In this document: one piece after another, positions 37,428-51,025 of the stretch
Numbering within the stretch: the stretch's first letter is position 1
Layout of the letters: each line of letters opens with the position of its first letter
NCBI GenBank assembly: GCA_009103225.1
Contig: RHPI01003156.1
Coordinates: 1,395,191 to 1,459,008 of the forward strand
Origin: Chlorokybus atmophyticus
Lineage: Eukaryota > Plantae > Mesostigma and Chlorokybus algae
Length of the DNA: 63,818 nt
Direction: 5' to 3'
Program-made: the position numbers and the translations under genes
Notes under the pieces: model-generated
Told to the model about the DNA's origin: nothing
What the model saw: the letters and a program-made list of their open reading frames with translations, nothing else
Database searches by the model: none

Positions 37428-38015
37428 TATTTCAGTGTGAAGATGCAGGAAGGCATTGTGGCCACGTTATACATTCCTGGCGACAAGTTCTTCATCAGCC
37501 CGGACAATCTTCTATTAATGGATCGCTTCCGACCAAAGCCTCCGTAAGTCACACATGCATCACATACACCTTTTCACACATTCACATAACCATTTCTATA
37601 TATACTCAGTTGTTACAGTGCGTACACATACGGCTCGCCTGCATGACTGTACACAACTATTTTGCCTACCAGGGGCTCTGGCGGTTCTGCTGGCAGAGGC
37701 GGTGGGCGCGGAAGAGGTATGTATAGTATATGGCATAAGGATGTAAATTGACGTTGAAGCTGTTGCCGACACTGTATGTATATCTGCACCCATGTGTTTC
37801 AGTAAAAATGCAACTGATCACATGCGTTTGCAGGGCGAAGTGGACCACGTGGAGGCGGGCGTGGCGGAGGAGGGTTTAGGGGAGGTGGTGGAGGGTTTAG
37901 AGGAGGAGTGTTCAGGGGAGGGGGGAGAGGAAGTGGCGGTGGGTTCAGAGGGGGTGGGGGAGGTGGGTTTAGGGGATGGGGCGGGGGCGGATTCAGAGGC
38001 CGAGGAGGCGGTTAG
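37428..38015 (+). pseudogene. GAR1: 5'-truncated GAR1 (H/ACA snoRNP) gene fragment retaining two introns
   Basis: [38 protein letters not shown] followed by a GGFRGG/RGG tail and TAG. The N-terminal GAR1 core exons were not found upstream, and the conserved KLLPL.RFLP motif is altered. Confidence 0.75.
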
Positions 38016-38616
38016 GGCCTTGAAGATTCTCCTAGCGTCTAACTGCATTGCTGAGGTCCTTCTTGTACAGCAATCACTTGCGTGGGCTTCTGTTGGTCTT
38101 GTGTTGGTGAAGTTGGGGTTTTGCCTCTAGACCGCATTGTCACAAACACCGTAATACCTCCTGTAGCAATGGGAAACGCACAACATGCATCATGCCTGAT
38201 CAATGCACATGACGATTTGCTTGATGTTGTGCATGTGAGACTTCACAAACTTGGTGCAATGCAGTGTAAAGGCAGGTGGCACACGGCACGTATTTCAATT
38301 AGAGTGTTGAATGTTGCAATCATTTGGCACCTAATTTGCAGCATTGCAACCTGAGTGTTTAGGAACACTTTATGTAATTTATACCAGCGATGCGCGTAAC
38401 ACACTCAGAGAGACATATGTAGGCCTAATGGCTTCTGCCTCACTATGGTGCTTCTCTGTACAAGTGAGGCGCCGTTGCTACTCTTGCCTTACACTACTGT
38501 CCGAGCTGCTGAGTGGCCCAGCCAATTGTTGCCTTGCTTTGTTTTGCCTACTTGCTGCTATTGCTTAGCACTAACCATTGCCTTGTTCCTCCACACTACA
38601 CACAACGCTGGCACCG

Positions 38617-38949
<333 letters not shown>

Positions 38950-39414
38950 GGCCGCATTCACACGCATGATTTTGCACGCTGTGCGCCTTGACTACCGTGG
39001 GCTGACGCTGCGACTGTGCTTGACACATGTAAAAACCACTGCATGTGCATAACTAACAGGGTGGGGTAGCTAGTAGTAGATAGCTGCAAGTAGTTGGCTG
39101 TGCCCGGTGGTGTTGGTTGGCAAATGAAGGTATGTGTTGAAGAATGGCGTGTGCTGCCAGTCAGTAACACTCTGCATGTTCAACAAATGCAAGGCATTTC
39201 ATGCCTAAAATACTTCTTGAGATTTATGTACACCCCACATCGCACGTTGTGTATGTATTGACCTTGTTCGAGTCGTGCGGGTGTCAGCCACTCAATCAGT
39301 CTTGCCTATGTACGTGTACAATACATCACCGTCATACCACCATGAAGGCGGGGGAGTGGCGGGGATAGAGCACAGCACTACACATCAAGCCAGCTTGCTG
39401 GTCCTGTACCAATC

Positions 39415-40020
39415 AACTACATAATTGTCAGCCGCGAGCAGTCGGGTTTCATGCTCATCCGTCCGGGGGAGGTGCAGGGCAGACGGCTGGACTTAGTAGC
39501 ATCCGAGCCGGGCTGCGACAGAATGCTGCTCCTGGACGTCACCGTCACGGCGTAAGGAGATCGACCTGGTGCAGAAATGCGGGGGGCGGAGTTGGTTAAG
39601 CGTCGCAAGTATGGAGACACTTGCTTGGGGACACCTTCTACCCATTGGCGATGGAGACACATGGCATGTTGGGTGCAGACTTCCAGCACGTAATGCGCTT
39701 GTGTGCGCGCCACATCGCCACAGTCCAGGGAGCGGAGCCGGGGCGCTTGGAGGGCTTCATCCGCCGTCAGTGCGTGGCATGCGCCTTGCAGCGGGCGCAA
39801 GCGATGTCGATCCTGAAGCGGGGGGTGGTGGCGGCGGCAATGGCAGCGGAGGCGGGATGGGGTCCAATGGCCCAAGGCCCTCCGACTGAAGCGGATGCGG
39901 CGCTTGCGTATCGTTCTGATATAGCGTAGTGTGGACGTGCGACTTGGGTTGTGTGTGCTAATAGGCATGGTTGCAGCACTAACAGCCAACACTTGCATGT
40001 CAATGACAACAGAGGGTTGG
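39415..40020 (+). mobile_element. 3' fragment of a restriction-endonuclease-type (CRE/NeSL-like) non-LTR retrotransposon, degenerate
   Basis: RRLDLV...LLDVTV...E..KRRKY...FYPLAMETHG.LG...VACALQRAQA, with a stop and a frameshift. Homologous to 54690..55060. Confidence 0.75.
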
Positions 40021-41110
40021 CGACTCCATAGCTAACTGTGGCCATCGTGGTATGCCTCACGTCGGTTGGTTGGCTTCGTTGCCACCTGCTACAGACTGCC
40101 AGCCCCATTGCCATTTCATTGCACAGCACATAGCAGCACTTGGCCTAGTGAGGTTGTGGCCTCGTGTGCAACGTTAAGTGCCCCTGCTTGTTGTGCCTGC
40201 TCTACTTACCTTGTTGTGCGTCTCTGCTGTGCACGCACGTTTGTGCATGCCATAATCTATATAGAGTATATGGATGCGTGTAGAGCGCTGTGCTGCTCTA
40301 TTCCACACACGATCATGCACACACAAAGAAAACCCCATTGCATCTTTTGTACACATGACACATATTACACGCCGCACGCACAGCACATGCAGCCCAAAGC
40401 CTGTACACACCATGTCAAACGTGACGCACGCCAACACGCTATGCCGCTGTGCCGCGCTGATGTGCCGTCTACGCTGCCCTCGCTACCCAGGATAAGTTGA
40501 CAGAGATCAAAGCAATCACTGCCAAACTGCAGGCGTGTATATTGCATGAGCACCTACGCATGCCAGCACAGCATTGCATTAGCACTGTATTGCGCTATGC
40601 TTCAACATTACATGCACTATGTGCGCTTCTGCAGGTACAGCCCCCCTCCCCTTCACAGCAGTCCTCGCTTGCCTGCCTGCTAGTCCTTCCAGCACTTGCA
40701 CTTAGACCAGCCCCACTAGCTGTAGTTGTTGTGGTTGTGCCTGGTGTTGGTGGTTAATGTGATGGCTTATGTGCGGTGTGTATCTTGATTGGGGGACCCC
40801 TCTATTTTCCTTATGCACACATGCACTCATGCAGACTGCTATCAGAGCATGTGTGCAATGTCAGCAGTTGCATGGGCACCTGGCATGAACAACTTGGACA
40901 TTGGTTTCATCAAACATCTGTTCGCTTTTTGGATGTGCATGCCAAGCTGACTTTACCAAAAGCATGGACGATGTCTAAGCATGTACAAGGAACTCTGATG
41001 TGCTGTTGTAGGCCAAGACAGTATAGTAACGATGCACAGTGACACTATCCTGCACAACATGCACACCGCAACATACATGCCAATGAGCAGTCCGAATACA
41101 TCTAGCCTTG

Positions 41111-44100
41111 CTACAGCACAAATTCTAACTCTTCATCTGGTGAAGCCTCTGTCTGCTCCTCTTGTTCTTCAGCTTCCGGAATAACACCCAACAGCGCCAG
41201 TGTAGTCCTGCGTAACGAAACAGTCTATCAAGTTGCAGAAACATGCCTGCACCGTCCATTTGGACCACAGTTCACGGCGACACTCACTATATACCTCGGC
41301 ATGCTTGCAGTGTTTGACAAAATGTGACTCGCTAACTGGTCTTTCAATACTGGAACTTGGTTGATTGCGTCCTCAAGTTGCTCGGCCGGCAGCTGCATAA
41401 CCGCAGATAAGCATGAGACTCAGCAAATCGTCGCTGAGAGTAGTGGTTAAACACTTGCCAAGGTTGCAAGCGTTACACCACCCAGCCCAGACAGTGACTC
41501 CTAGGACAATAGCATGCAGTAGTATGACCAACGCATGCACATGTGCGCAAGCCGTGTATCAAACCATGCTCCTCCCTGCCTTCAATACAACATGCACTGT
41601 ACTGTAGTCCAAAACAATGCTGGTCCACCGCATAGCTGGTAGGATAACCGACCAAACCCATGATGATGCTGCTAAGCACCTGCAGCAACACTGGGTAGGA
41701 CTGCGGGGCAGTCATCTCTGAGCACTTGACCCAACCTTTCCACAACTCCGGGCTGTTCGGCGGCCTCCAAATCTGCCAGCAAGCCGCTCAATCAAGCACA
41801 GCATGAGTGCAACTAGATAAGATAAGCAACTGCTGTGGCAGAATGACGAAGCGATGAACCGTCAGCATGTGCTTAAGCTGTGCTACCTGCTTGTTGACGA
41901 GTGTTGCTAGCAGTTGCTGTGTAAAGCCCGCCTGCAAAAAGCTGTGTCAGGGTTGTAAAGAACTCTGATGAGTTGCGGCAAAAGGGGCAGACAATGGATC
42001 AGATGCTACTGATAAAGCACTGCATAAGCTGTCGCAACATGGCCCTAGATAAATTTGACCAGTGCTGCATAGAGAAGTGCAAGGCCACCTTTTGACACAC
42101 CAGCAAGATTGCAATACACATTACAGCTCCTCAGCCGGCTCTTAAGCACTACAATGTCCACAACATGGGCGCGCAGCTGACCCCATGCTAATACGAAAGC
42201 GCAAGCTGTACTGCAGCATGGCCAACAAGCATACGGAGAAAGTGCACGGGGATGTAAATGAGATACTGCCAACACATTGTGATCCAGCTTCCAAGCTTGA
42301 CCCCAGGCACTGTACCCTACGTAACGGCGAGCTCAAGTTCTATTGGCTTACAGTTAATGCAAGCTGCACACAGACGCTGTGGCAGAGGTCTAATCGAGGT
42401 GCACGCGCATGTTGCGCACATGTTGGCAGGCGTTCAACTTGACGAGCTTACCAATGTGGGGTACTTTGTGTAACTCAGTATAGCAGTGCGCATCAGCAAA
42501 AGAGGAAGTGGTACTCGCTCAACCTGTTGACGAAAATGTATCCGCTTTTAAGCAACATGCTTGAATCACACAACGGAACTTCTTCCACAAGCTACAGCTG
42601 CTCACCAGTTGGGTCAAAACTTTGGAGAACACGTCGACGTTGAACACCGATGGCATAGCAAAACACACGTTGCAAGCAGTGATCAACTGCACAAGATACG
42701 CTGAGTCTCAACACAGTGCTTCAACTAGCGGATTTGCATAGGAAAGCAGTCGAGCGCGTTGAAAACTCCCTACCTGCTTGCGCGGCACATCTTCCTCGTG
42801 CACTGAATGTATTGCCAGAAGGGCCTCTTCCGGTGACATAGGTGGGCCCATAGACAAAGAGCCCTGCAGAGCAACACCCATTGAGTTTTGTACCTCCAAC
42901 TCAGTTTGATTGCTAAAGAGAACTAATGAAAGCCATCATGTGCTGTGCATGAACTCAAGTGCACTGCATGTTTGCAGCACCTGAAGGATTCGCGTGAGAG
43001 CAGCACGAAAAGAAGCTGCCGGCAGCAATAGCAGAGACGGAAAAAATGTTTCCACCTACAACATTGGTGTAAATCAGCAAAATTCGTTGGCAGATAAAGC
43101 TGGGCTGACTGATCAAAATGAATATGGTACCTCTGCTTTGGGCAGGAAAGGCAAGATGGGGACAAGAAAGCGAGCGTCCTGCAGGGTGATAACTGATACC
43201 ATGAGAGTGGTTGCAGCGTTGCACTTCTTAGCAAGAGGGAACATGCATTCGATGCTTGCTGAAATGCTGAAATGCGCACGGTAAGCATAGCTGCAAGCCA
43301 GTCAACAATACAAGAATGTACCTGCATACGCGTCGCATACAACTTTTTCATGCGCTGTACAAGGGCTTGTGGTGGCTCCGTAGTGTCTGTGAACATGCTT
43401 ACAACCTGCCAACCGCACACCAGTTAGCAGATATTGCGCTCGCGACTGTTGGCAACAAAATGCAGGTGTGCACCAAGGCTGCACAAGCTGCCTTCGCCAG
43501 AAGTTATGAATATATGCGAAGCCACACTAACCTGCAGCACAAGAGACTCGCTGCCAATGACGGGTGTTTCAATGACATCAAGCAGTATCGGAGAGTCCGG
43601 GCCAATGACTTTCACCAGTTCAGAGACAGGCTTGACCATGGCCTGCATAACAGTGAGTCAGTCCCACTCTGCTGCTGGCCAAGTTGTGCGTTTTGAGCCT
43701 ATTGCACTGACCTGTTTGATTGACTTGGGTGCTGCTGCATATGCCTGCATGATGTCTTGCAGTAATTCATGCTTCTGTACATGTCAACCATATGTCAGAA
43801 TTTCGTCGTACATGTCTAGTGCACAACAGTGGCTTGGCTGCAATGCCTTTGATGTGAGTGCGAAGGACAGTGACATGTACTGCTTGACTTCTACGTCTGG
43901 GTCGCTAGCAAGCCCGTCAGCAGCAGCTGACTCGGTGCTTTGAGTATTTGCCAATGGGTCTGCGTGCTGCACTCCAGTGTCCATGTCCGTTGCACCTTCT
44001 GAAGCACTGCTGCAATGTTAAGAGGTAAAATTGTGTCTCCGCGTATACAAGCCACTTTCGTCTGTGTCCACACAGCACCAGCAGCAGTAACTGCATGCTT

Positions 44101-47100
44101 GGGCTAGAGATTGGCGCACCTTTCAGCGAGCGGATCAGCCACAGTTGGTTGCAACAGCATTTCGCGCGCAAAACTCTCCAATTTGGCTGCCAAAAATTCG
44201 AAGGCATACAACCTGTGTGCAGCCTGCAATCCAATTACAATTAACTTTCATAAATCTTGTATCTGACAAAAGTCTCGGCAAAAGTTTTGCTCGGCACAGT
44301 CCCAAAGTTGAGTGCATACTACGACTTACCAGCCGTATCGCAGGTTCCCGCACAAGGTCCTCTTTGTGCACAGTGCACTGAGTTGCAGGAAACATGTGTC
44401 AGAATTGCAGTTGCTGCACATGGGAGCCTGGCATTCTCCATGCATATGCAGCAAGGCATTGCATGTGCAAGGAGACAGAATTGGCACCACGACTGGAGAT
44501 ACTTGCTAGGGCGACAAGAAGCTATCCCACCTTTGCAAGCAGGTCAAAGCTCGCTTCTCGCATGGGAGGATGGTGAACAATAAGCTGCGACAGAATGGTG
44601 AGCCCCAAATAAACCCAATCTTGCATGGCAGGATCCAGGTCACCCTGTCCATCTAATTCGCACAGCTCGGCTAGAATCGGCAGAACGGATTTTACAAGCA
44701 ATGGCGCTTCCAAAAGTAGGCGAGGCAGCGCCTTGTCCCGGCCAGGCCTAGTCTCACGAATGCCCCGCACCTACAGAGCACGTACTGTGAGACAGAGCTT
44801 GTGGATGTCCCTACAACAGCAGTGGCGTACCAGTGCAAATAGGACTTCTTCATAGTCTCTGTAGTCAGCCAGATCCTCAATGTTACTCACGCTTTTGGAA
44901 TACAGGGCAAACAGCCAATTCACTGCCAGTTCGTGCCCCTGTTGCCAACCAAAAACGACCCCACTTGTCAGATGGCTGCACCAAGAAGTAGCAAGACTGA
45001 CGACCTGACATCACCTGATTCGCTTCAAAATCTGCCAAAACGTGTTGCAACAATGTGTCTTTCAAGCCGTCTTCCTTTGCAGCCTGCAAGGCACAAAGTG
45101 CTAAGGGATGCAATGACTTGGCAGCAGACTCACAGCTTCTGCAAAAGCATACGCAGCAGAAACCACCACTACCTGCACTGCCAGCTTCACAAGCACAGAA
45201 ATACGTAGTTCACCACCGCCTGCGCGTCGAACTGCTACTCCAGCATCTATAATACGCTGAACTGCCGCTTGCCTTTGCGCCTTTCGCTGTTCAGCCGTCC
45301 ACACAGGAATAGCCGCTGACAGCAGTCGGCTGCGCACCGCAGTGCTTGTAGTGGTGTCAGACTCTTCTGGCCTTTCGCCCTTTGAATGAGTGCCTTCACC
45401 TTTGACTGACACGCCCGTGCGCTTTTGGTCCGCTCTCCTGGGATCCTATGTACAGCAACAACTTAGCCAGGATGCTACAGTCGAGGCATGACGAATCAAC
45501 CAATGCCAAACTGAAGGGGATTGGCACTCAGCGGCAAGTCACCAATGGAGATGGTGCCATCAAAGCCCCACACATCATGCGGTGGACAGGGCACTTACAC
45601 GACGAGGATCCCTCCTTGCATCATGCGCAGGCCCGGTGGAGATCTCTGGCTTAACATCAGCAACTGGTGCCTGCTTTTGCAACTGGGGTTGAGCACTTTT
45701 GGCCATCAATGCAGCTAGGCCGCCAATGGATGCGGAAGCCCCGGGTGGCCGTGGAGGGGGTGCAGAAGGCAAATTCAGCATGAACGCTATCACAAGGTCT
45801 GCTAGTATGGTTGCAGGCAACGAGTTCACCAGTCCATCTAAAGATGGCTTAGCTCGCGCTCCCTGGACAGCTAGGCCACCCACTGTCGCTACAAGTGTGT
45901 TCATGTCCACATCCATGCCACTGGAGCTCGGCTGCCGATCTTGCCCAACGTTGCTTACAGCAGGATCAAGACGAGTTCTCTTATCCATGGCGCCAGCATG
46001 GCCATGGCCAGCATCACTGCCGAGTTGGCGTTTACTACTAGTGCTTTGCACGGCAACACCCTCCATTGGCTCTGCCGCATCCTTTGGTGTGCTCAAGCGC
46101 CCAGAGTCAGCCCGCTCAGTCTGCCATCATGATGTTAAGAAGGCAGCGCTGGTTGACAATACTAATACTGGCAAGCAACAATACCTTGACAACAGTGTTG
46201 CGCCCAGCCACATCTTGGCGTTGAGCGCGCTCCAACTGGTTGAGCGCGGTATCGGCAGATTTGCCAGCACCCAAAGAGCTCAGGGCCTCGCGTAGTCTGC
46301 CACGCCACTACACGCAAAGCACAAATGCAGTCAGTGGGCAGAAACAGCTGTTGAGTTGCTGAACAAACAACGAACGTAAGTTTATACCGGGGGAGCACCG
46401 TCGTGCTGACATTTCAGCAGGATTAACAATGACCTCTTCAATGTGCTGACCACAGCAAGGGAAAAGCCTTCGTCTTGTGCCCATTCAGCAACAGACAACA
46501 AGGATGGCAACATTCGGCCATAAAATTCGGGCCTCTGTCGTGCAATGTTCGAAGCACTGCACAAATCAATAGTCAGAGATCTTCATAATAACATTAGTGT
46601 TGAGCCAAACACAACACACCCTGCCATGCCTCCCCGTTGGTCCTTTCAGCCATACTGACCTGTTGATAAGGACGATGAGTACTTGGGGTGGCAGGGCCTT
46701 GTGGCGTTTTACAAGCTCTACCAAGCGCTGAAACATAGCTTCGGCATCGTCTGCAAGATCAAGGTGGAGCACACCTCCTGTCGATGAAGCAATGCACATT
46801 GCTCAGGGTAAGTTGACTACCTAGAGTCTGACCCAGCACTACCACCGCACATGGTTAGATGGGGGCAAACCAACCTTCATTGGCCGCTGCTGCGGTGCCG
46901 TTGGCTGCAGCAGACGACGGCGAGGATGCAGAGTCTGAGGTGTATGCAATAACCAACATCTCCATGAACTTGACAGAGTGTAGCCTCACACCCTCATTGT
47001 TATGCTGTCCAGCAACAGCATCGTCTCAGCATTAGCGTGACAAGGAAAACAAGATCCTCTTGCAACACTAGCCATAGCCTGTGATGAATACCTGGAGCGG

Positions 47101-48150
47101 AAATGTGGAAACCAGCTCTTTTGCCTCGTTCAACAGCTGCCACATCTCTTGCAGCCTTACAGCACCAAACGTGGGCTCCCTCTACTCATGGAAACTACGA
47201 TTACATCATGCAGCCGCAGCATAAGGTCTTGCTGATTTTGCCACCAAGTGAGTTAATGCATGCTGCAACCCGGGCAAATAGTCTGCCGGTTCATATCATG
47301 GGAACAGCACTTGAAGGCTATCATAGATCAATGTGCGTTTTCCCAATTACATCATGCAAGTCATTTGGGTCTGTAGTGCATGCGGGCTGAACCGTCAACA
47401 CACCCACATATTGTTCAGCATATCCAACATACACAACAAAATGCGCATAGGGACAAAGTCAAAAACAATTACCGTTGCAAGCACAGCGTCCAATCCTTTC
47501 GGAAACATAGCGATCAAGCTGGTAACGGCGGTTTTGGCAACAGCAGGCACGGCATCCCTGAGGAGAGTTATATGCGTAGGTAGGCAGCGGCTGGCATAAT
47601 GCATGTCCTTTAAGCACAAGTCTTGCACAAACCTGCCACAACGAAGGTCGTGTCAATGCTCGCTGCTTGTAACAAACCTACTCGGACGAGGGCAACATTG
47701 CTGTTGGGCACATGCAGCAGATAACTACAGCTTGCTGTGCCTGTGCTTGACAATGCATGCACTGTTCCACTACACTTGTACTGCTGGTTAACGACCGATA
47801 AATGGGACGTCAAGACTTACGCCATTCACGGAAGTGATGAACAGACACGCACAACGCCTAATGAAGGTGAATACGACTGGCACGAAGCGCAGACCGAATT
47901 GTTGCATGCAACAACCACCATTGCAGCAGAGTTGACGCAACAAGGCATACCCAGCAAGGAACTTGCGCACGTCAGCGGCGCGATCCAGGTGCAGAGCAAG
48001 AACATCCGGCAGCAGCTCATCGAGGAGTGCAGGAGAAGCCCTGTGCAGCAGAAGCTCCTTCAATTGCGCAAGCAAGGCTGCCTGCTGCACGCCGGAAGCC
48101 AGCAGGGCCTCGTTCAACAGCCCCACGGCCTGCTCCCGCAACGGATCCAT
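41111..48150 (-). CDS. SYMPK: Symplekin (cleavage/polyadenylation scaffold), many exons
   Basis: N-terminal LLAQLKELLL..LLDELLPDVL.L..D...VRKFLA; RRDPRR; EAPL..; C-terminal MSPEEALLAIHS, QIW...LWKGWVKC..TAPQSYPVLLQ, LPAEQLEDA. Exon boundaries were only partly traced. Confidence 0.9.
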
Positions 48151-48278
48151 AACCTTTGGGGCCTGACACTAGGCTCAGATCCAGCTATGTCCCTACGCCT
48201 GCGCCACAGGACATCGCCGCCATCGCCGCCGCAGCAGCTTGCAGCGTTTTCCCCGCCAAAAAGACTCACCATCTACAG

Positions 48279-48287
48279 AAACCCTAA
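48279..48287 (+). promoter_or_regulatory. Telo-box (AAACCCTAA) in the symplekin/BSD divergent promoter
   Basis: Exact motif in the roughly 400-bp head-to-head interval. Confidence 0.55.
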
Positions 48288-48557
48288 TCTGCAGCGTTTG
48301 AGCAGCAACGCTGCTGCAATAACGCAGGGCTTGAAACCGAAACGCTTGCTGGCAAACAGTCGCTGCCAGCGTTGACGCAGGCGTTGTTGCATGCTGCTGT
48401 TGTGCAATTTGTGCAACTTTGTCCTCAGGTGTACGGCCCAATCGTGCGGTGGCGGCCGTGGAGGCCGCAGCGGCGGCGGAGGAGGGCGGAGACGTGAGCG
48501 TGGAGGAGGGCAGGCTTGTGGTTGAAGGGTTTGATCAGAATGTGGTCTTCCGCAGGG

Positions 48558-50408
48558 ATGGATTCTTTCCTGTCTCGGGCCAGGGAGCTGGCCGCCCAGA
48601 CGGCCGCACTGTCCCGTGACTTTGCTCAGCAGACAGCACAGAAATCCAAGGTAATTGCCTGATCCTAGCTGTGTATATCAGCGATAAGACCTTCTGTTGG
48701 ACTTGACGGTATAGCTTGGTGAAGCTGTTGATTGCCTGCCTGCCCTGTGCTGGTTTTATTCTTGTATGTTCGATTGTTAGGCAAGTCGGCCAAGCACTAT
48801 TTGATCACATTAGCTGCCATAAAGCAGGCCGAGCATGCAGTGCATTGTGCAAGTGCGCAAGCCCTTTTTCCGATCGGTCATCCATGTCTCGTTCATTGCG
48901 CCCAAGAGTTGACGCTCTGCCACGCAATATTTTGGTGACAGTATGAAGGCTTCACAAGTCTTAACAACAATTGGTATGTGCTACGCCTTGATTATGTGCA
49001 GGATCTTGCTCCTGTAGTATCTGCTTTTGCGCAAGAAACTGCTCGCAGCGCTGAACAGCGGATACGACAGCTTGCCACAGATTTGCAGGTAACGTACACA
49101 TAGTTGCTCAATCACACGCATCTTTCACGCCAATCCTTTTTTTTTATGTGTGCAAGGCTAACATTGCAGTTCAGGTGCAGCCCAACACTGCTCTGAGCTC
49201 TCAGAAGCCTGTAACGACCACTGAGGAGGAGTTGCGCCGCTACGGCATCACATCTGAGTTGAAGGACTTTGTCAGTGGCATCACCATCGGCACTTTCAAG
49301 GAGTTTCCACCTGAAGCCCTCGACCCTGAACCTGGTATCTATTGCATACAGGCAGGGCTCATCGTGCATGTCATGTTGCTGGGCTTTGAGTAAAATTAGG
49401 TCATGTATATGGCAGCTACAAGCCATCGCAGTACAAACCTCCTGCCTCCATGGCGCGTCAACCATGCACGGCTCATACTGGAGGCTGTACCAGTAAGTGG
49501 AGTTGCAATGAAGCAACAAAAAAAACTGACCAACACATGGATTGTATGTGCTAAGGGCGCTGTGTGTGCTTGTGTGAGCGCAGTCGATGTCACAGCTGCG
49601 CTACAACCTTTGCCCGCGAAAAATGCCGGAAAGCAGGTTTTGGAGCATCTATTTCAAGCTTGTGCAGCAACACATAGCACCGTAAGTGTATGCGTGTCCA
49701 GTTGATTCGCTGATGCTTCATGCCCGCACATGCAATCAGCCAAGGCTCAACTGTGTGTTGGATGTTCAACCAGGTATGAAGCAGCAGCAGCTGCTGAGGA
49801 GCAGCTGAAGCCTGCAAACACCAAGCCGGTTGCGATGCAGATGACTAGGTTGGGTGGTGAGCCCAACCATGACGCAAATCAGAATGCGGACACTGTGGCA
49901 ATGGCTTCAACTTCTGCTTCAGCATCGGCTTCCAGCATTGATGCTGCAGCTCCAATGGAGACCTCCACTGGCCAAGGCAATTCTGACCCTGACCTTGAGA
50001 AGTACTTGATGGAAGCTCTCAATGGCGCTGATGACAGCGGTGGGTTGCACATGACATTGGCACATTTTATGTCTTTGCTTGTGCATAAACTGTCTGTCAT
50101 GCAGATGGCGACGATGATGATGGCACAAGTTTTGAAGACATTGATCAGTTCATTACCAACACCAGCGAGGCAAGTGGTTATGGCGTCATGGGTTTGCACG
50201 ATGACTGTCCTTGGTGGAGCAGCACAGCCGCATTGTATGGCACGGATGTGCGTCTTGTGTATCAAATTTTTTTTGATTTGCACAGAGCGGTGATGAAAAG
50301 TTAAAGGTGGACAGCGAGGAAGAGAATGGCCTGGTTTCCGTCACAGTCGCGCAGAAGGGCACCCCGCTCGCAGCTTTGGCACCGCCCATGCCAGAAGGCA
50401 ATGCTTGA
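48558..50408 (+). CDS. BSD-domain protein (plant type)
   Basis: MDSFLSRARELA...; ELRRYGITSELKDFVSGITIGTFKEFP; WRVNHARLILEAVP|SMSQLRYNLCPRKMPESRFWSIYFKLV; acidic tail. Last intron is GC-AG (50170-50285). Confidence 0.88.
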
Positions 50409-51025
50409 GCACTTGGCTGTTGCACTGTGTTGGATGTACCAGTAGTGTGTTGAATGTGGTTCCCCATCCACCATATGCCCATGTGCACCAGCTCATGGAT
50501 TTCTTTCAGTTGTATATATACTATCTCTAGATTGGTTGTTGTAAAATGCGCAGACGGTTGTCATAACTGCACTGTTCAAATATCTCTGCCCACTTGTTTC
50601 GCTTGTCCCACACTAGCAAGTAATGTTGGGGTGATGTGTGGTTGTCGCATGTAGTGTGGCTTCTGTTTGGATGGTGACAAGCAGATGATGGGATGCAAGC
50701 TTCAGTTCTTAGGGCATTGACACACCAACGTTATATACAAATGTACACGGGTTCACATGGTGCCAGATGGCACGCACTGTCACACCCACACCATTACATG
50801 TCATGGTGTGAACTGAATCACACCACGTTGCACACCTCGCTGTCGCCATGGTTGCCATCACCCGCTTGGTCCAGCCAGCTACTCAGTCTTATACGCATGC
50901 ATGCACCTGTCCCAGCGTACCGTAGACTTGGTGCACATCATGGCCAATGGCTTTTTGCTAACTGCCACATGCAGTGCTGGACTGCAAGTTTCAGTCTTCA
51001 GAGCGGGCATGCACCTGTCCCAGCC

